Positions 19,844 through 30,671 of a DNA stretch of 64,000 nt are shown here, one piece after another; within the stretch, counting starts at the first letter, position 1, and every line of letters starts with the position of its first letter. The stretch lies in assembly GCA_964614525.1 (NCBI GenBank), contig CAZTPA010000001.1:152282-216281 (forward strand), written 5' to 3'. Both the position numbers and the translations under genes were made by a program. This DNA comes from an uncultured Bacteroidales bacterium (GTDB lineage Bacteria > Bacteroidota > Bacteroidia > Bacteroidales > UBA7960). Below the pieces are notes generated by a model. The model saw nothing but the letters and a program-made list of their open reading frames with translations, did not search any database and was not told the DNA's origin.

Positions 19844-21007
19844 TTATATTTGCTGAGCAGCTCCCCATGCATTAAAATCAAACGACAAAGATATTCTCAT
19901 TGTATTTTGAAGCGGACTTAATGTGCCAACAGGCACAAGATAACTAAAATCTAATCCAAGTACACTATATTTCAAACCAAGACCAACAGTAAAATACTTT
20001 CTGTTTCCTTTATATTGATGTTCATTAAAATAACCGGCTCTAATAGCAAATTGCTTGTCATAAATATATTCTAAACCGGCAGAATAAGTAATTTCGGTTA
20101 AATGTTCACTAAAACCACCGGGAGCAGTAGAAAAGGAATTAAACATACCTGAAACTACACCCATTTCCTCAATTTCTTCTCTCCTGTCGGGGTTTGGAGT
20201 TGGAACAAGCAATTTGTTTAAATCGAGCATTACTGCAAACTGGTTATATTCATCAAGATCAAACAGCATAGATGGCCCAAGCCTTAAATTAATTGGGATG
20301 AAGTTAGAATTAATATCATCTGTATATGAAATTTTATTTCCAATATTAGAAATGTTTACTCCGAAAGAAAATAAAGCAGGAGTTTTCATTTCAATTTCTT
20401 TTTTATAATATGCTGCCACATCTGCCGCAATAGCTCTGCCCGGCCTAGTCTCAATAGTACCGCCACCAACGTATTGTCCTTGCGTTAAATCCGAATAAAT
20501 ATATCTTACAGCAACAGCACCGGAAAAATTATCACTTAATAATCTTGAATAAGCAAAATCAACAGCTAATTCATTTGGCTTATATATACCTGTAGGAACA
20601 GCATTTTCATCAGTAAACTGAATTTCACCAAGCGAAAAATACATCAAAGAAGCAGCAATAGTTTGAAGTTCGTCAATTTTATAAAAACCGCTTAAATATG
20701 ACAAGCCTATATCATTAACCAAATTACGCAACCAGGGTGTATAACTCACTGCTGCACCAATTTTACCATCAACAAATGCATATTTAGCTGGATTCCAATG
20801 CATAGAAAACACATCCGGTGTTGAAGAAACCCCTGCATCTCCCATTGCTCCGGCGCGTGCATCAGGAGTAATCATAAGAAAAGGAACAGCAGTAGTAACG
20901 GTATTCACTGTATTTGTATTATCATCATTGTCCTGAGCAAATAAATTCAGATTAAATGCAAATAAAAAACTTACAATTACTAATGTTTTTAAAAATTTGT
21001 AATTCAT
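19844..21007 (-). CDS. porV: T9SS outer-membrane beta-barrel shuttle protein PorV (LptO)
   Basis: Signal peptide, then TTAVPFLMITPDARAGAMGDAGVS, which is typical of PorV. About 390 aa, directly downstream of porU. Confidence 0.8.
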   Translation of the reverse strand: MNYKFLKTLVIVSFLFAFNLNLFAQDNDDNTNTVNTVTTAVPFLMITPDARAGAMGDAGVSSTPDVFSMHWNPAKYAFVDGKIGAAVSYTPWLRNLVNDIGLSYLSGFYKIDELQTIAASLMYFSLGEIQFTDENAVPTGIYKPNELAVDFAYSRLLSDNFSGAVAVRYIYSDLTQGQYVGGGTIETRPGRAIAADVAAYYKKEIEMKTPALFSFGVNISNIGNKISYTDDINSNFIPINLRLGPSMLFDLDEYNQFAVMLDLNKLLVPTPNPDRREEIEEMGVVSGMFNSFSTAPGGFSEHLTEITYSAGLEYIYDKQFAIRAGYFNEHQYKGNRKYFTVGLGLKYSVLGLDFSYLVPVGTLSPLQNTMRISLSFDFNAWGAAQQI

Positions 21008-21156
21008 ATTCTGTTATTTTTATAAATAAAAACTTTCTGGAAATCAATTATATATATAAATAAAATTGCAAAATTAATTTTTAAATTTCAAAAAAGAAAT
21101 AAGTCGCAAATATAACGATAAAATAAAACGCATATTGCAAAAATTTATTTTTGCAA

Positions 21157-24100
21157 TTATCTTATAATTACCATTCTGCTTGAACCCGAAACTTTAGTTC
21201 CATCTTGTGTTTTAACAATGAGTCTGTAAATATAAACTCCTGTATCAATTGGTCTTCCTCCATTATCATTGCCATCCCATTCTATAGGAGGCGATTGGTA
21301 TCCTGAAGACATTATATTTGTTTGCAGGTTTTTCACAATTTGCCCATTCAAATTATAAATATTTATTTCAACATCAAGATCTTCGGAAGGAAAATTATGT
21401 TTAAAAACGATATTAGTATTTATATTAAATGGATTCGGATAGTTATATATTTCGTACAATGCAAGTTTCGCAGAACTGGCTACAACAAATTCAATAGACT
21501 CTTCCGAAAAATTATTATGAACATCCCATGCTCTAAGTGTAACTGAATGTCGTCCTTCAGGAATACCGAAAAAAGGATAAGCGATTTTTCCACTTTTATA
21601 AGTGTCCGAATCAGATTCATAATATTGATTTAAGACATAAGAAGTAGATCTGTCATCATCAAGATAAGCAACCAGATCATGTCCAATATTACCGGTAAGA
21701 TTAATGCCATTCTCATCATAAAGAAGAGCTAATAAAACAGGATTTTCATCAGTATTATCGCCGGAAACAAAAGTAGTATCATTCATAAAGAGGTTAATTA
21801 CAGGCCCTGCATTATCGGGAATATAATCATCGGAAGTGCCTCCAACAATAAAATCATAGCTATATCCTTTTGCATCGAGTTGACCATTATCTGCATAATA
21901 ACTTATCTTTCCATTTCCATATGAATAAACAATATCTTTGGGAACAACAAAAGAAAACGAGAATTTCCCGTCATTTACGGTTGCTTTCCCTTTATAGATT
22001 AGTGAATTTTGCATTATAAAAGTATCCTCAAAACTATTTTGATCATTTGCGCGAGTGCTGATTACTTTTTCTTTATCATAAACTTTTGGAAAAACAACAC
22101 CATTAAAGTTCTCTGCGAGCTCTCCGTATTCATTAGTAATATATCCTGAAACGGTCACTTCCTGGAATGCTTTGATAGTATCAGGCAGAGATTCTGTCAC
22201 TACATTATATTCCGGATAAGCCATTTTCATTGAGGGGTCTCCCAAAAGAACAAAATTCTTAACATTATCAGAAGATGTTTTCGAAAGTCTCAGCAGGTCA
22301 CCTAAACGTGGCATTTTCCCATTTTCCATAGGGATAAAAGCATTATTGACAAATCTGTTATTAAGAGTAAAATTACTGCTCGACCAGGCTAATCTTGTTG
22401 TTGTAAAAAGAGCTACAGCTCCACCATTATTTCTAAGAAAAATTCTTACTCCTGCCGATAAATCTTCCGGAGAAGGGATATCAAATGCACTAAACTCACA
22501 GGTAGCAGTCATAAAAACCGGCATATTGTAATAATTATTCCAGGAATTTATATCATCAAAAGTTACAACACGCTCGTGAGCTAAACCGAGCTTTCCTCCA
22601 TGTCCAATATAATTAACTAATAAAGCACCTTGATTTACCCTGCTATTTATGGCTTTATTAACATCCGGATACCTGGAACCGCCAGCCATTGTAATTTGCT
22701 CATATGAATCGAGATAAATTTTTTCTACATTATAAACAGGGTAGTCATCTTCTAGTATTAATGCCAATTTCTCAGAGTCATCAAAATGCAAATTATTATC
22801 CTGATCGTCAGCTATTAAAGTTATCATATTTCTCCAACCTGCATAATTCGAAATTTTTCCAACCCACTGAAGATCATCACTGCCCGGCTCCCATCCATCT
22901 ATTCTTTTATCATATCTAATTATCTTATCAACAATATCCTCTGCTTGTTCAATTGTTCTAACGGGCAAGCGGCCAATTCCGATATCTAAAATTCCTTCAG
23001 CCTCTTCTCCCTCATGCTCATCAAGCAAACCGAAAAAATCATCACTCATCCATGATGAGCCTTTATTCAAAGATGCTATTGTTTGAAATGTTGGAATTAA
23101 ATTGCCACCATAACCCAGAATGTCCTTATTATCATAAGTGCCATTACCAAATAACAATAAATACTGTGGAAAATCATCACTTCCGGCAGCCCTGTCATAA
23201 AACATTCTCATAAAATTTCTAATGGCAGAAATATCCTGAACACCTGATGAAAACTCATTATATATCTGATTGGGACTTACAATTTCTGAAACAATTCCAT
23301 CATTATCAAGTCTGAAATCAGCCAATTTTTCAGCTTCCGTCCTAAACTCTTCAGGACAAACAATAATCATATCCATATTGTATTCCAGTGCATGCAAATT
23401 TTGATTGGCAATCTTTCCTTTCAACATCGGCGATAAAAAAGAAGAACCATTAAAGGCAACAAATTCTGTAAGTTTTTCGGTTTCTACTTTAAACCTGGCA
23501 TCAGATCCCGTTAATTGATAATTCTGTTTTATAATATTAAATTTATCACTTACGTCCCAAATAATCAGAGAATTATTAACGTTACTAATTGTATATTCAG
23601 AAACATTTCCTTCTCCTATATTATGAACATTCCTGAAATTCATCTGAGATGAATGTAAGTGCAATTTTCTTGTTGCATTAACACTAATATAATTCAGCCA
23701 CCCACGAGCACCGGCTACTGCTTTGTTATAGGTCAGCTCTACATTGATATTATTTCCTGAACCCGGATAAAAATTAATACTACCTGATGCTCCCTTTGCA
23801 TAATATGATGTAACACCAGCAGGATTAATTGGATCAACATAAATACCGGATTGTGTACTTCCTGATTTAAGAGTAAAACTACTGGTTTCTGAAGATCTGG
23901 CAGCAACATCAGCAGTAATGAAGACTTTTGAGCCCGTATCAATATTAGGAAAGCTAAAATCAAAATTTCTGTTTAAGGTAACATCAAATATTTCGCCATA
24001 CCAAATTCTGCCGCTTTCGATTAAGTTATGATTATCTTTTTCGTAAAATAAATAATCCTGGAAATTTGTTATTTGATGAGTGGCAGATGCTGAAGATGAA

Positions 24101-25032
24101 GATCTTGTGGAAATTCTTTTTGGATTGTCGGCATTAGTAGTAAGAAAATAACAAGTCTCTTCAGAATATAAATGTTTTTGATGGTAAAAAAGATTTTGCG
24201 ATTCATCAAAAGACCATTCATGAGGAGACTCCCCATAAAATAATATATAATCATTTTGATCGAAGACTCCACTTGAACCACTAACAAAAATAGCATTTTC
24301 AGCCAAATCATCAATATGGAGTTCACTATTTGCTTCAGGCAGCATTCCACCACCGTTTCCATAAAGAGCTATCGAAGACTTTTGAATTTGTTCCGGATTT
24401 ATCTCAAGTTGCAATAAATCATCATAATCTATTTTATACACTCCTGTTTCGTCAACACATATTTTGTACCAATTTCCTGAAGACAAAACAGAATTGTTTT
24501 TATAATCATTTGCCGAGTCATAATACAACTTCGAATCATAAACATAATTATAAGCTATCTCAAAAGAAATGAGTTTTTCATATACATCATTATTTTTATT
24601 ATATCTCACTGGAACAATAAAATAATTCATGGAATGAGACTTCCGCGCACTTTCTAAAACACTGAATTCTTCAAATTCCAAGTTTGAAAACCCAATTTTT
24701 CTAAGAAAAGCATCTTCTTCAGGTTTAACATTAACAATTTTGTGTGGTATTAATAAAACTTCAGGCGAAAAATGGGGAATATTCAGAGGAAAAAGCTTAT
24801 TAAAGACCTCAATACCTTCAGGTTTTCCAACATATACAGAGCCATTAAAAGACAGAAACTCAACAGAATTCTCTTCATCATAATTATATGATTTTACACC
24901 TTCCCACTCCAACTCATAGTATAGTGTATCAGATTCATAGGCTTTAGCCTTTTGAAATAAAAAGACAGAAAAAAATAATACAAAAAACACAGACCAAAAT
25001 GTTCTGTAATTGCATTTTTCAATAATAGCCAT
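21157..25032 (-). CDS. porU: T9SS C-terminal signal peptidase/sortase PorU (peptidase C25 family)
   Basis: 1291 aa with a gingipain-like C25 core (NYIGHGG...MTATCEF) and its own type-A CTD (NYPNPFN...GVYIYRL). Adjacent to porV. Confidence 0.85.
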   Translation of the reverse strand: MAIIEKCNYRTFWSVFFVLFFSVFLFQKAKAYESDTLYYELEWEGVKSYNYDEENSVEFLSFNGSVYVGKPEGIEVFNKLFPLNIPHFSPEVLLIPHKIVNVKPEEDAFLRKIGFSNLEFEEFSVLESARKSHSMNYFIVPVRYNKNNDVYEKLISFEIAYNYVYDSKLYYDSANDYKNNSVLSSGNWYKICVDETGVYKIDYDDLLQLEINPEQIQKSSIALYGNGGGMLPEANSELHIDDLAENAIFVSGSSGVFDQNDYILFYGESPHEWSFDESQNLFYHQKHLYSEETCYFLTTNADNPKRISTRSSSSASATHQITNFQDYLFYEKDNHNLIESGRIWYGEIFDVTLNRNFDFSFPNIDTGSKVFITADVAARSSETSSFTLKSGSTQSGIYVDPINPAGVTSYYAKGASGSINFYPGSGNNINVELTYNKAVAGARGWLNYISVNATRKLHLHSSQMNFRNVHNIGEGNVSEYTISNVNNSLIIWDVSDKFNIIKQNYQLTGSDARFKVETEKLTEFVAFNGSSFLSPMLKGKIANQNLHALEYNMDMIIVCPEEFRTEAEKLADFRLDNDGIVSEIVSPNQIYNEFSSGVQDISAIRNFMRMFYDRAAGSDDFPQYLLLFGNGTYDNKDILGYGGNLIPTFQTIASLNKGSSWMSDDFFGLLDEHEGEEAEGILDIGIGRLPVRTIEQAEDIVDKIIRYDKRIDGWEPGSDDLQWVGKISNYAGWRNMITLIADDQDNNLHFDDSEKLALILEDDYPVYNVEKIYLDSYEQITMAGGSRYPDVNKAINSRVNQGALLVNYIGHGGKLGLAHERVVTFDDINSWNNYYNMPVFMTATCEFSAFDIPSPEDLSAGVRIFLRNNGGAVALFTTTRLAWSSSNFTLNNRFVNNAFIPMENGKMPRLGDLLRLSKTSSDNVKNFVLLGDPSMKMAYPEYNVVTESLPDTIKAFQEVTVSGYITNEYGELAENFNGVVFPKVYDKEKVISTRANDQNSFEDTFIMQNSLIYKGKATVNDGKFSFSFVVPKDIVYSYGNGKISYYADNGQLDAKGYSYDFIVGGTSDDYIPDNAGPVINLFMNDTTFVSGDNTDENPVLLALLYDENGINLTGNIGHDLVAYLDDDRSTSYVLNQYYESDSDTYKSGKIAYPFFGIPEGRHSVTLRAWDVHNNFSEESIEFVVASSAKLALYEIYNYPNPFNINTNIVFKHNFPSEDLDVEINIYNLNGQIVKNLQTNIMSSGYQSPPIEWDGNDNGGRPIDTGVYIYRLIVKTQDGTKVSGSSRMVIIR

Positions 25033-25342
25033 AATGATAGATATTTATTATAAAGGCCTAAAAAAGAAGTAAAATATAAATAAAAATATTACTGTATTTT
25101 TTTGTCAATTCCAAACCTGTAATAATCAAGTAATTATGCAAAGCATAAATATTTTGTATTTTTCATAAAACATAATATTTTTACAAACGATAAAAAAACA
25201 GAAATATTACTGAATAAAATTCTAAATAATTAGTATAAGTTTGTATTTATAAAAATAAAGTTTTAATTATATAGTTATATATTTGAACAGTATAATATAT
25301 ACAATGTTCAAGATAAGCCGGCACTAAAATCTATTACTAAAA

Positions 25343-26341
25343 ATGGATATTCTAAAAAACATATACATTAAGATACTTTTCATTATAAGTTTCATAATAT
25401 TGATAATTTCAGGAAATTCATACGCACAGGATGCAATATTCTCTCAGTTTTACGCAAATCCATTATATTTAAATCCTGCTTTTGCCGGCACACAATGTTC
25501 AAATGTCAGATTAAGTTATCGTAATCATCCCTGGCCAACCTTTGGCACATACTCAACTTATAGCATTGCTTATGACACAGATATTCCTGTTTTATCCGGA
25601 GGCTTGGGTATAATGGCATATGCAGACAGACAAGCCGGTATGTTAGCCACTTATGATGTTAGTGGCATATATTCATATCATTTAAAACTCTCAGATAATT
25701 ACTCTGCAAGTTTTGGTGTGATGGCAGGCTACCACAGGAAAGAATTAAACTATGGCAATTTAATATTTGCGGATCAGTATGATCCATTTAACAACACTGT
25801 TTTACCAAGTCAGGAATCTCCTCCTCAATCAGACAGCAGATATAATGTAGATTTTGCTGCGGGGATATTGATTTTTTCCGATAATTTATTTGGTGGAATT
25901 TCTGCTTATCATCTGTCACAACCGGATATGGGATTTTATGAAACTCAAAGATTACCTTATAAACTGACAGCACATTTAGGTTTTAATTTGCTTTCCGGGA
26001 ATAGCAGAAGAAATTTTCAGAATGACAAAAGCTTGACAATATCGCCTAATATAATATATCAAAGACAGAGTCAATATCAAAGAATTAATGCAGGAGCTTA
26101 TTTTGATTATGGTATAATGACTATCGGTTCTTGGTTAAGATATGATTTTAAGAATAATTATTATTTAATTTTTCTGGCAGGTATAAATCAAGGTAATTAC
26201 CGCATAGGCTATAGTTATGACTATTCATTATCAGGCCTTTATGGAATTACATCAGGCGTACACGAAATCAGTGTTTCACTGAAATTTAATTGTAGAACAA
26301 AAAAATCAAAATATCGTATACTAAATTGTCCAACATTTTAG
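25343..26341 (+). CDS. PorP/SprF-family T9SS membrane protein
   Basis: Signal peptide then QDAIFSQFYANPLYLNPAFAG, the family signature. About 330 aa beta-barrel. Confidence 0.8.
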   Translation: MDILKNIYIKILFIISFIILIISGNSYAQDAIFSQFYANPLYLNPAFAGTQCSNVRLSYRNHPWPTFGTYSTYSIAYDTDIPVLSGGLGIMAYADRQAGMLATYDVSGIYSYHLKLSDNYSASFGVMAGYHRKELNYGNLIFADQYDPFNNTVLPSQESPPQSDSRYNVDFAAGILIFSDNLFGGISAYHLSQPDMGFYETQRLPYKLTAHLGFNLLSGNSRRNFQNDKSLTISPNIIYQRQSQYQRINAGAYFDYGIMTIGSWLRYDFKNNYYLIFLAGINQGNYRIGYSYDYSLSGLYGITSGVHEISVSLKFNCRTKKSKYRILNCPTF

Positions 26342-26376
26342 TTATTTTTGTGAAAATTCATTAAATCTATAGTATT

Positions 26377-27849
26377 ATGACAAGGAAACCCAAAAACCTG
26401 ACGTTAATTGTTTTCTTTCTTTTTGCAATGATGTTTATATCCTCATGTAAAAATGAGTATTCCGAAAAAACCGGATGGTATTATAATGACCCCAGAACAG
26501 GCGGTTTTGAAGTACAACCATATGCAGGCCAGGAAACAGGCCCCGGCTTAGTATTTATAGAAGGTGGTACATTTGTTATGGGAAGATCAGAACAAGATGT
26601 TATGTTTGACTGGAATAATATTCCACGTCGAGTTACAGTGGCCTCATTCTATATGGATCAAACAGAAGTCAGAAATCTGGACTATGTAGAATATCTATAT
26701 TGGGTAAGTCGTGTATTCGGCGATACATATCCTGAAGTATATGAAAATGCTTTGCCTGATACTCTTGTTTGGAGAGACAGGCTGGCTTATAATGAGCCAT
26801 ATATATATGATTATTTAAGACACCCTGCCTACAGAGATCATCCTGTTGTTGGTGTTAGCTGGAGACAAGCAGCTGATTACTCTCAGTGGAGAACTGACAG
26901 GGTTAACGAAATGATTCTTATTCGTGAAGGCATCCTTGATTGGGATCCTGACCAGGTTAATGAAAGAAACTTTAGTACTGAAGCTTATCTTGCAGGTCAA
27001 TATGAAGGAGTTGTTAGGGTTAATCTTCGCGACCTGGATCCAAGAGGTACGGGCGAAAGAAGAGTACGCAGAGAAGATGGGATGTTGCTTCCTGCATACA
27101 GATTACCAACTGAGGCTGAATGGGAATTTGCAGCGCTTGGATTAATAGGTAATACTGTATATGAGAGAATCGTTGAAAAAAGAATGTATCCTTGGGATGG
27201 TCATAATATTCGCAGCTCTGAAAGCAATTCAATGGGTAACTTCATGGCTAATATTCAAAGAGGACGCGGTGACTTAATGGGTGTTGCAGGTAATCTTAAT
27301 GATGCTGCTGATATAACTGCTCCTGTTTATGCATATTGGCCAAATGATTACGGTTTATATAATATGGCAGGTAATGTTAGCGAATGGGTTAAAGACGTTT
27401 ACAGACCTATATCCCATGAAGATATTTCTGATTTCAGACCTTTTAGAGGTAATGTTTTCCAAACTTTAGCTACAGATGAAGAAGGTGAGATATTGCCAAA
27501 AGACAGCTTAGGCCGTCTTATCTGGGAAGATGTATCAATGGAAGATAATGTTACTCGTAGAAACTACAGATATGCTGACAATATCAGTTATCGTGATGGT
27601 GATCACGCATCAAGTATCTATTTTGACAATGAAGATATGGCTAATGAACCTGATAAACTAATGTATGAATACGGAGTTACTTCTTTGATAAATGATGACT
27701 CAAGAGTTTATAAAGGTGGTAGCTGGAGAGATCGTGCTTACTGGATTGTCCCCGGTACAAGAAGATTCCTTGATGAAAGTGAAGCTACAAGCACTATTGG
27801 ATTCCGTTGTGCTATGAACAGAGTTGGTAGTTCTGTTGGCGGATACTAA
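26377..27849 (+). CDS. gldJ: GldJ-like (GldJ/PorK family) gliding/T9SS lipoprotein with SUMF1/FGE-type domain
   Basis: Lipobox FISSC, KTGWYYNDPRTGGF, GLVFIEGGTFVMG, YRLPTEAEWEFAA, GGSWRD. It neighbours porU/porV and murF, the arrangement I recall for Flavobacterium gldJ. TATTTTTG -7 box at 26343-26350. Confidence 0.7.
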   Translation: MTRKPKNLTLIVFFLFAMMFISSCKNEYSEKTGWYYNDPRTGGFEVQPYAGQETGPGLVFIEGGTFVMGRSEQDVMFDWNNIPRRVTVASFYMDQTEVRNLDYVEYLYWVSRVFGDTYPEVYENALPDTLVWRDRLAYNEPYIYDYLRHPAYRDHPVVGVSWRQAADYSQWRTDRVNEMILIREGILDWDPDQVNERNFSTEAYLAGQYEGVVRVNLRDLDPRGTGERRVRREDGMLLPAYRLPTEAEWEFAALGLIGNTVYERIVEKRMYPWDGHNIRSSESNSMGNFMANIQRGRGDLMGVAGNLNDAADITAPVYAYWPNDYGLYNMAGNVSEWVKDVYRPISHEDISDFRPFRGNVFQTLATDEEGEILPKDSLGRLIWEDVSMEDNVTRRNYRYADNISYRDGDHASSIYFDNEDMANEPDKLMYEYGVTSLINDDSRVYKGGSWRDRAYWIVPGTRRFLDESEATSTIGFRCAMNRVGSSVGGY

Positions 27850-27869
27850 AATATAAAGATTTTATATTA

Positions 27870-27902
27870 AACCCATTTGCAATATTGCAGATGGGTTTTT
27901 TT
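27870..27902 (+). terminator. Rho-independent terminator after gldJ-like gene
   Basis: Stem AACCCATTTGC / GCAGATGGGTT (one G-U pair), 6-nt loop, followed by a T7 run. Confidence 0.55.
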
Positions 27903-27982
27903 ATTTCTTATTCTTACATTTAAATCAAAATCATTTATATATTTGATTGTTTATTTTTTGCAAATTATATTACAATTATAAA

Positions 27983-29311
27983 GTGAAAGAACCAGAAGAA
28001 TTTATTCAAAAGTTAATAAACAAAGGTTATAGCATTTGTACCGACAGTAGGCTGGCAAATAATAACAACTTATTTTTTGCTCTAAAAGGTGATAATTTCA
28101 ATGGAAACGACTTTGCAATTGATGCTTTAAATAAGGGTTGTGAATATGCTTTTGTTGATAAAAAAATTAATACCGATAAAAAAGGAATTATATACGTAAA
28201 AAATGTTTTGTCTCTACTGCATAAAGTTGCAAAAAATCACAGGCAACAATTCTCTATTCCGCTTATCGCAATTACCGGATCAAATGGAAAAACCACCACA
28301 AAAGAATTAATCAGTAAAGTCTTATCTGAAAAATTTAATGTGCTATATACAAAAGGGAACCTTAATAATCACATTGGCGTCCCTCTTTCTCTTCTTAAGC
28401 TAAACCAATCTCATGAAATTGCAGTAATTGAAATTGGAGCCAATCAGCCCGGAGAAATCAAAATGCTTAGTGAAATTGCTTGCCCAACACATGCCATAAT
28501 CACTAATATTGGTAAAGCACATCTTGAAGGTTTCAACAATTTAGAAACTATAAAAAATAATAAGGCAGCTTTGTATCATTATATAATAAAAAACAAAGGT
28601 ATAATATTTCAAAATGGTGATAATCAAATCCTTAAAGACATATCAGGTAATTATAGCAACATAATTACTTACGGCAAAAATACAAAGAATGATTTGCAGG
28701 GCGATTTGCAAAAGCAAACACCTTACTTAACAATAAGCTATAGTGCTAATAAAGCATTTGGTAAATGCAAGGGCAATATTAATTCAATAATTGAAACTGC
28801 ATTAACAGGAAATTATAATTTCGAGAATGTATTAGCTGCAGTTTCAGTCGGTTTATACTTTGGCGTTGAACCCGAATTAATTAAAAAAGCAATAAAATCT
28901 TATGTGCCCGACAATAGTCGTTCACAGATTATAAAGACAAAAGACAATCTCATATTACTTGATGCATATAATGCCAATCCAACAAGTATGATGGCCTCCC
29001 TGGAAAGTTTTCTGAGCTTTGGCAAAGAACCAAAATCATTAATACTTGGAGATATGTTGGAAATGGGCGAATATGCAAAAAACGAACATAAAATCATTTT
29101 AAACTGGATTAACAAGCATAGGTTTCACAAAGTAATACTTATTGGAAGTGAGTTTCTCTCATTTAAGAATATTTTTAGCAACTATCATTATTTTAAGGAT
29201 GCAAAAAGTGCATCCCAATGGATAGAGAATAACCCGATAAATAATAATACTATTTTAATAAAAGGTTCACGTGGAATTAAGCTTGAATCAGTTCTAAACA
29301 GCATTTCTTAA
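27983..29311 (+). CDS. murF: UDP-N-acetylmuramoyl-tripeptide--D-alanyl-D-alanine ligase MurF
   Basis: ICTDSR, ITGSNGKTTTKE, DAYNANP motifs. The track start (TTG 27947) adds an odd N-terminus; the GTG at 27983 is more plausible, but the start is uncertain. Confidence 0.85.
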   Translation: MKEPEEFIQKLINKGYSICTDSRLANNNNLFFALKGDNFNGNDFAIDALNKGCEYAFVDKKINTDKKGIIYVKNVLSLLHKVAKNHRQQFSIPLIAITGSNGKTTTKELISKVLSEKFNVLYTKGNLNNHIGVPLSLLKLNQSHEIAVIEIGANQPGEIKMLSEIACPTHAIITNIGKAHLEGFNNLETIKNNKAALYHYIIKNKGIIFQNGDNQILKDISGNYSNIITYGKNTKNDLQGDLQKQTPYLTISYSANKAFGKCKGNINSIIETALTGNYNFENVLAAVSVGLYFGVEPELIKKAIKSYVPDNSRSQIIKTKDNLILLDAYNANPTSMMASLESFLSFGKEPKSLILGDMLEMGEYAKNEHKIILNWINKHRFHKVILIGSEFLSFKNIFSNYHYFKDAKSASQWIENNPINNNTILIKGSRGIKLESVLNSIS

Positions 29312-29378
29312 TAAAATAATACATCACAAAACATAATTACAAACAGGATACTATTGCCTCACAATAATTCGCTTAAAC

Positions 29379-30494
29379 ATGAAGAAATATAAAGCTTTAG
29401 GCTTGATGTCCGGAACTTCTCTTGACGGTCTTGATATTGCATATTGCATTTTTAAGAATAATGATGAAAAATGGGAATATGAGATATTACATGCTGAAAC
29501 ATTTCCCTATGATAAAGAGTGGGAAACGAAACTAAAATCAGCAACAGAACTAAATGGCAGAGAACTCATATTGTTACATAATGAATATGGTAAATATATG
29601 GGTCAGCAAGTGAATAAATTTTTATCTAAACACAAAGACTCTGAACCGGATTTTATTGCAAGTCACGGACATACGGTTTTTCACCAACCGGAAAAACAGA
29701 TGACTTTTCAAATTGGCAGCCCCGCCTCTCTGGCAGCCGAGAGCGGAAAAACCGTAATAGGAGATTTCAGAACTTTGGATGTAGCTATGGGTGGACAAGG
29801 TGCACCTTTGGTTCCAATTGGAGATATTCATTTATTTAGTGAATATGACTTTTGTCTTAACCTGGGAGGTTTTGCAAATATTTCATTTACACAAAAAAGT
29901 AAAGCTATTGCTTATGATATTTGCGCCGTAAACTTTGTTATCAATAAGCTAGTAATTGAAAAAAAAATACCTTTAAAAGATTATTTTAATTGTGAAGGCG
30001 ATTCAAAATATTTAAAATGTGATCCTGACGGATTTATTGCTTCAAAAGGAAGCGTAAACATGGATTTGCTGGACAAATTAAATAATTTAGAGCATTATAA
30101 TACATCAGGCCCTAAAAGTCTTGGAGAGGAATGGGTTGTAAAAAATATATGGCCAATACTAAATTCTTACAATCTTTCAATAGAAAACACTTTGTGCACA
30201 TACTACCATCATGTTGCAATGCAAATACAAAATACAATTGATAAAGAAAAAGGCAATAAAGTTTTAATAACAGGAGGCGGTGCATATAATAAATATCTAA
30301 TAAAATTATTAAAGCGACATATTGAAAAAGAGATATGTATCCCTCCAAAAAAAATAATAGAATATAAGGAAGCCCTGATATTTGCGTTTATGGGCTTGCT
30401 TAGAACGCTTGAAAAAGTCAATAGCCTTGCTTCAGTAACAGGTAGTTCAGCAAACAACATAGGCGGTTCCATAATGATTGGTGGTTCTAAATAG
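29379..30494 (+). CDS. anmK: Anhydro-N-acetylmuramic acid kinase AnmK
   Basis: GLMSGTSLDGLDIA N-terminus, DFRTLDVAMGGQGAPLVP, ITGGGAYN. Confidence 0.9.
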   Translation: MKKYKALGLMSGTSLDGLDIAYCIFKNNDEKWEYEILHAETFPYDKEWETKLKSATELNGRELILLHNEYGKYMGQQVNKFLSKHKDSEPDFIASHGHTVFHQPEKQMTFQIGSPASLAAESGKTVIGDFRTLDVAMGGQGAPLVPIGDIHLFSEYDFCLNLGGFANISFTQKSKAIAYDICAVNFVINKLVIEKKIPLKDYFNCEGDSKYLKCDPDGFIASKGSVNMDLLDKLNNLEHYNTSGPKSLGEEWVVKNIWPILNSYNLSIENTLCTYYHHVAMQIQNTIDKEKGNKVLITGGGAYNKYLIKLLKRHIEKEICIPPKKIIEYKEALIFAFMGLLRTLEKVNSLASVTGSSANNIGGSIMIGGSK

Positions 30495-30671
30495 AAAAAT
30501 TGAATCACAGTTGTTAACAACAAACATTTTAATTAAGCGTTACAAAATAAACGTCCAAACATTTATTCCAATTATACAAATTTGATTATTTTTGTACCCT
30601 GCTTAATATTCAAAAATTCCACATAGGAATCATTGTAAGCAAATAATAATAATAATAACAACAAGAAACAC

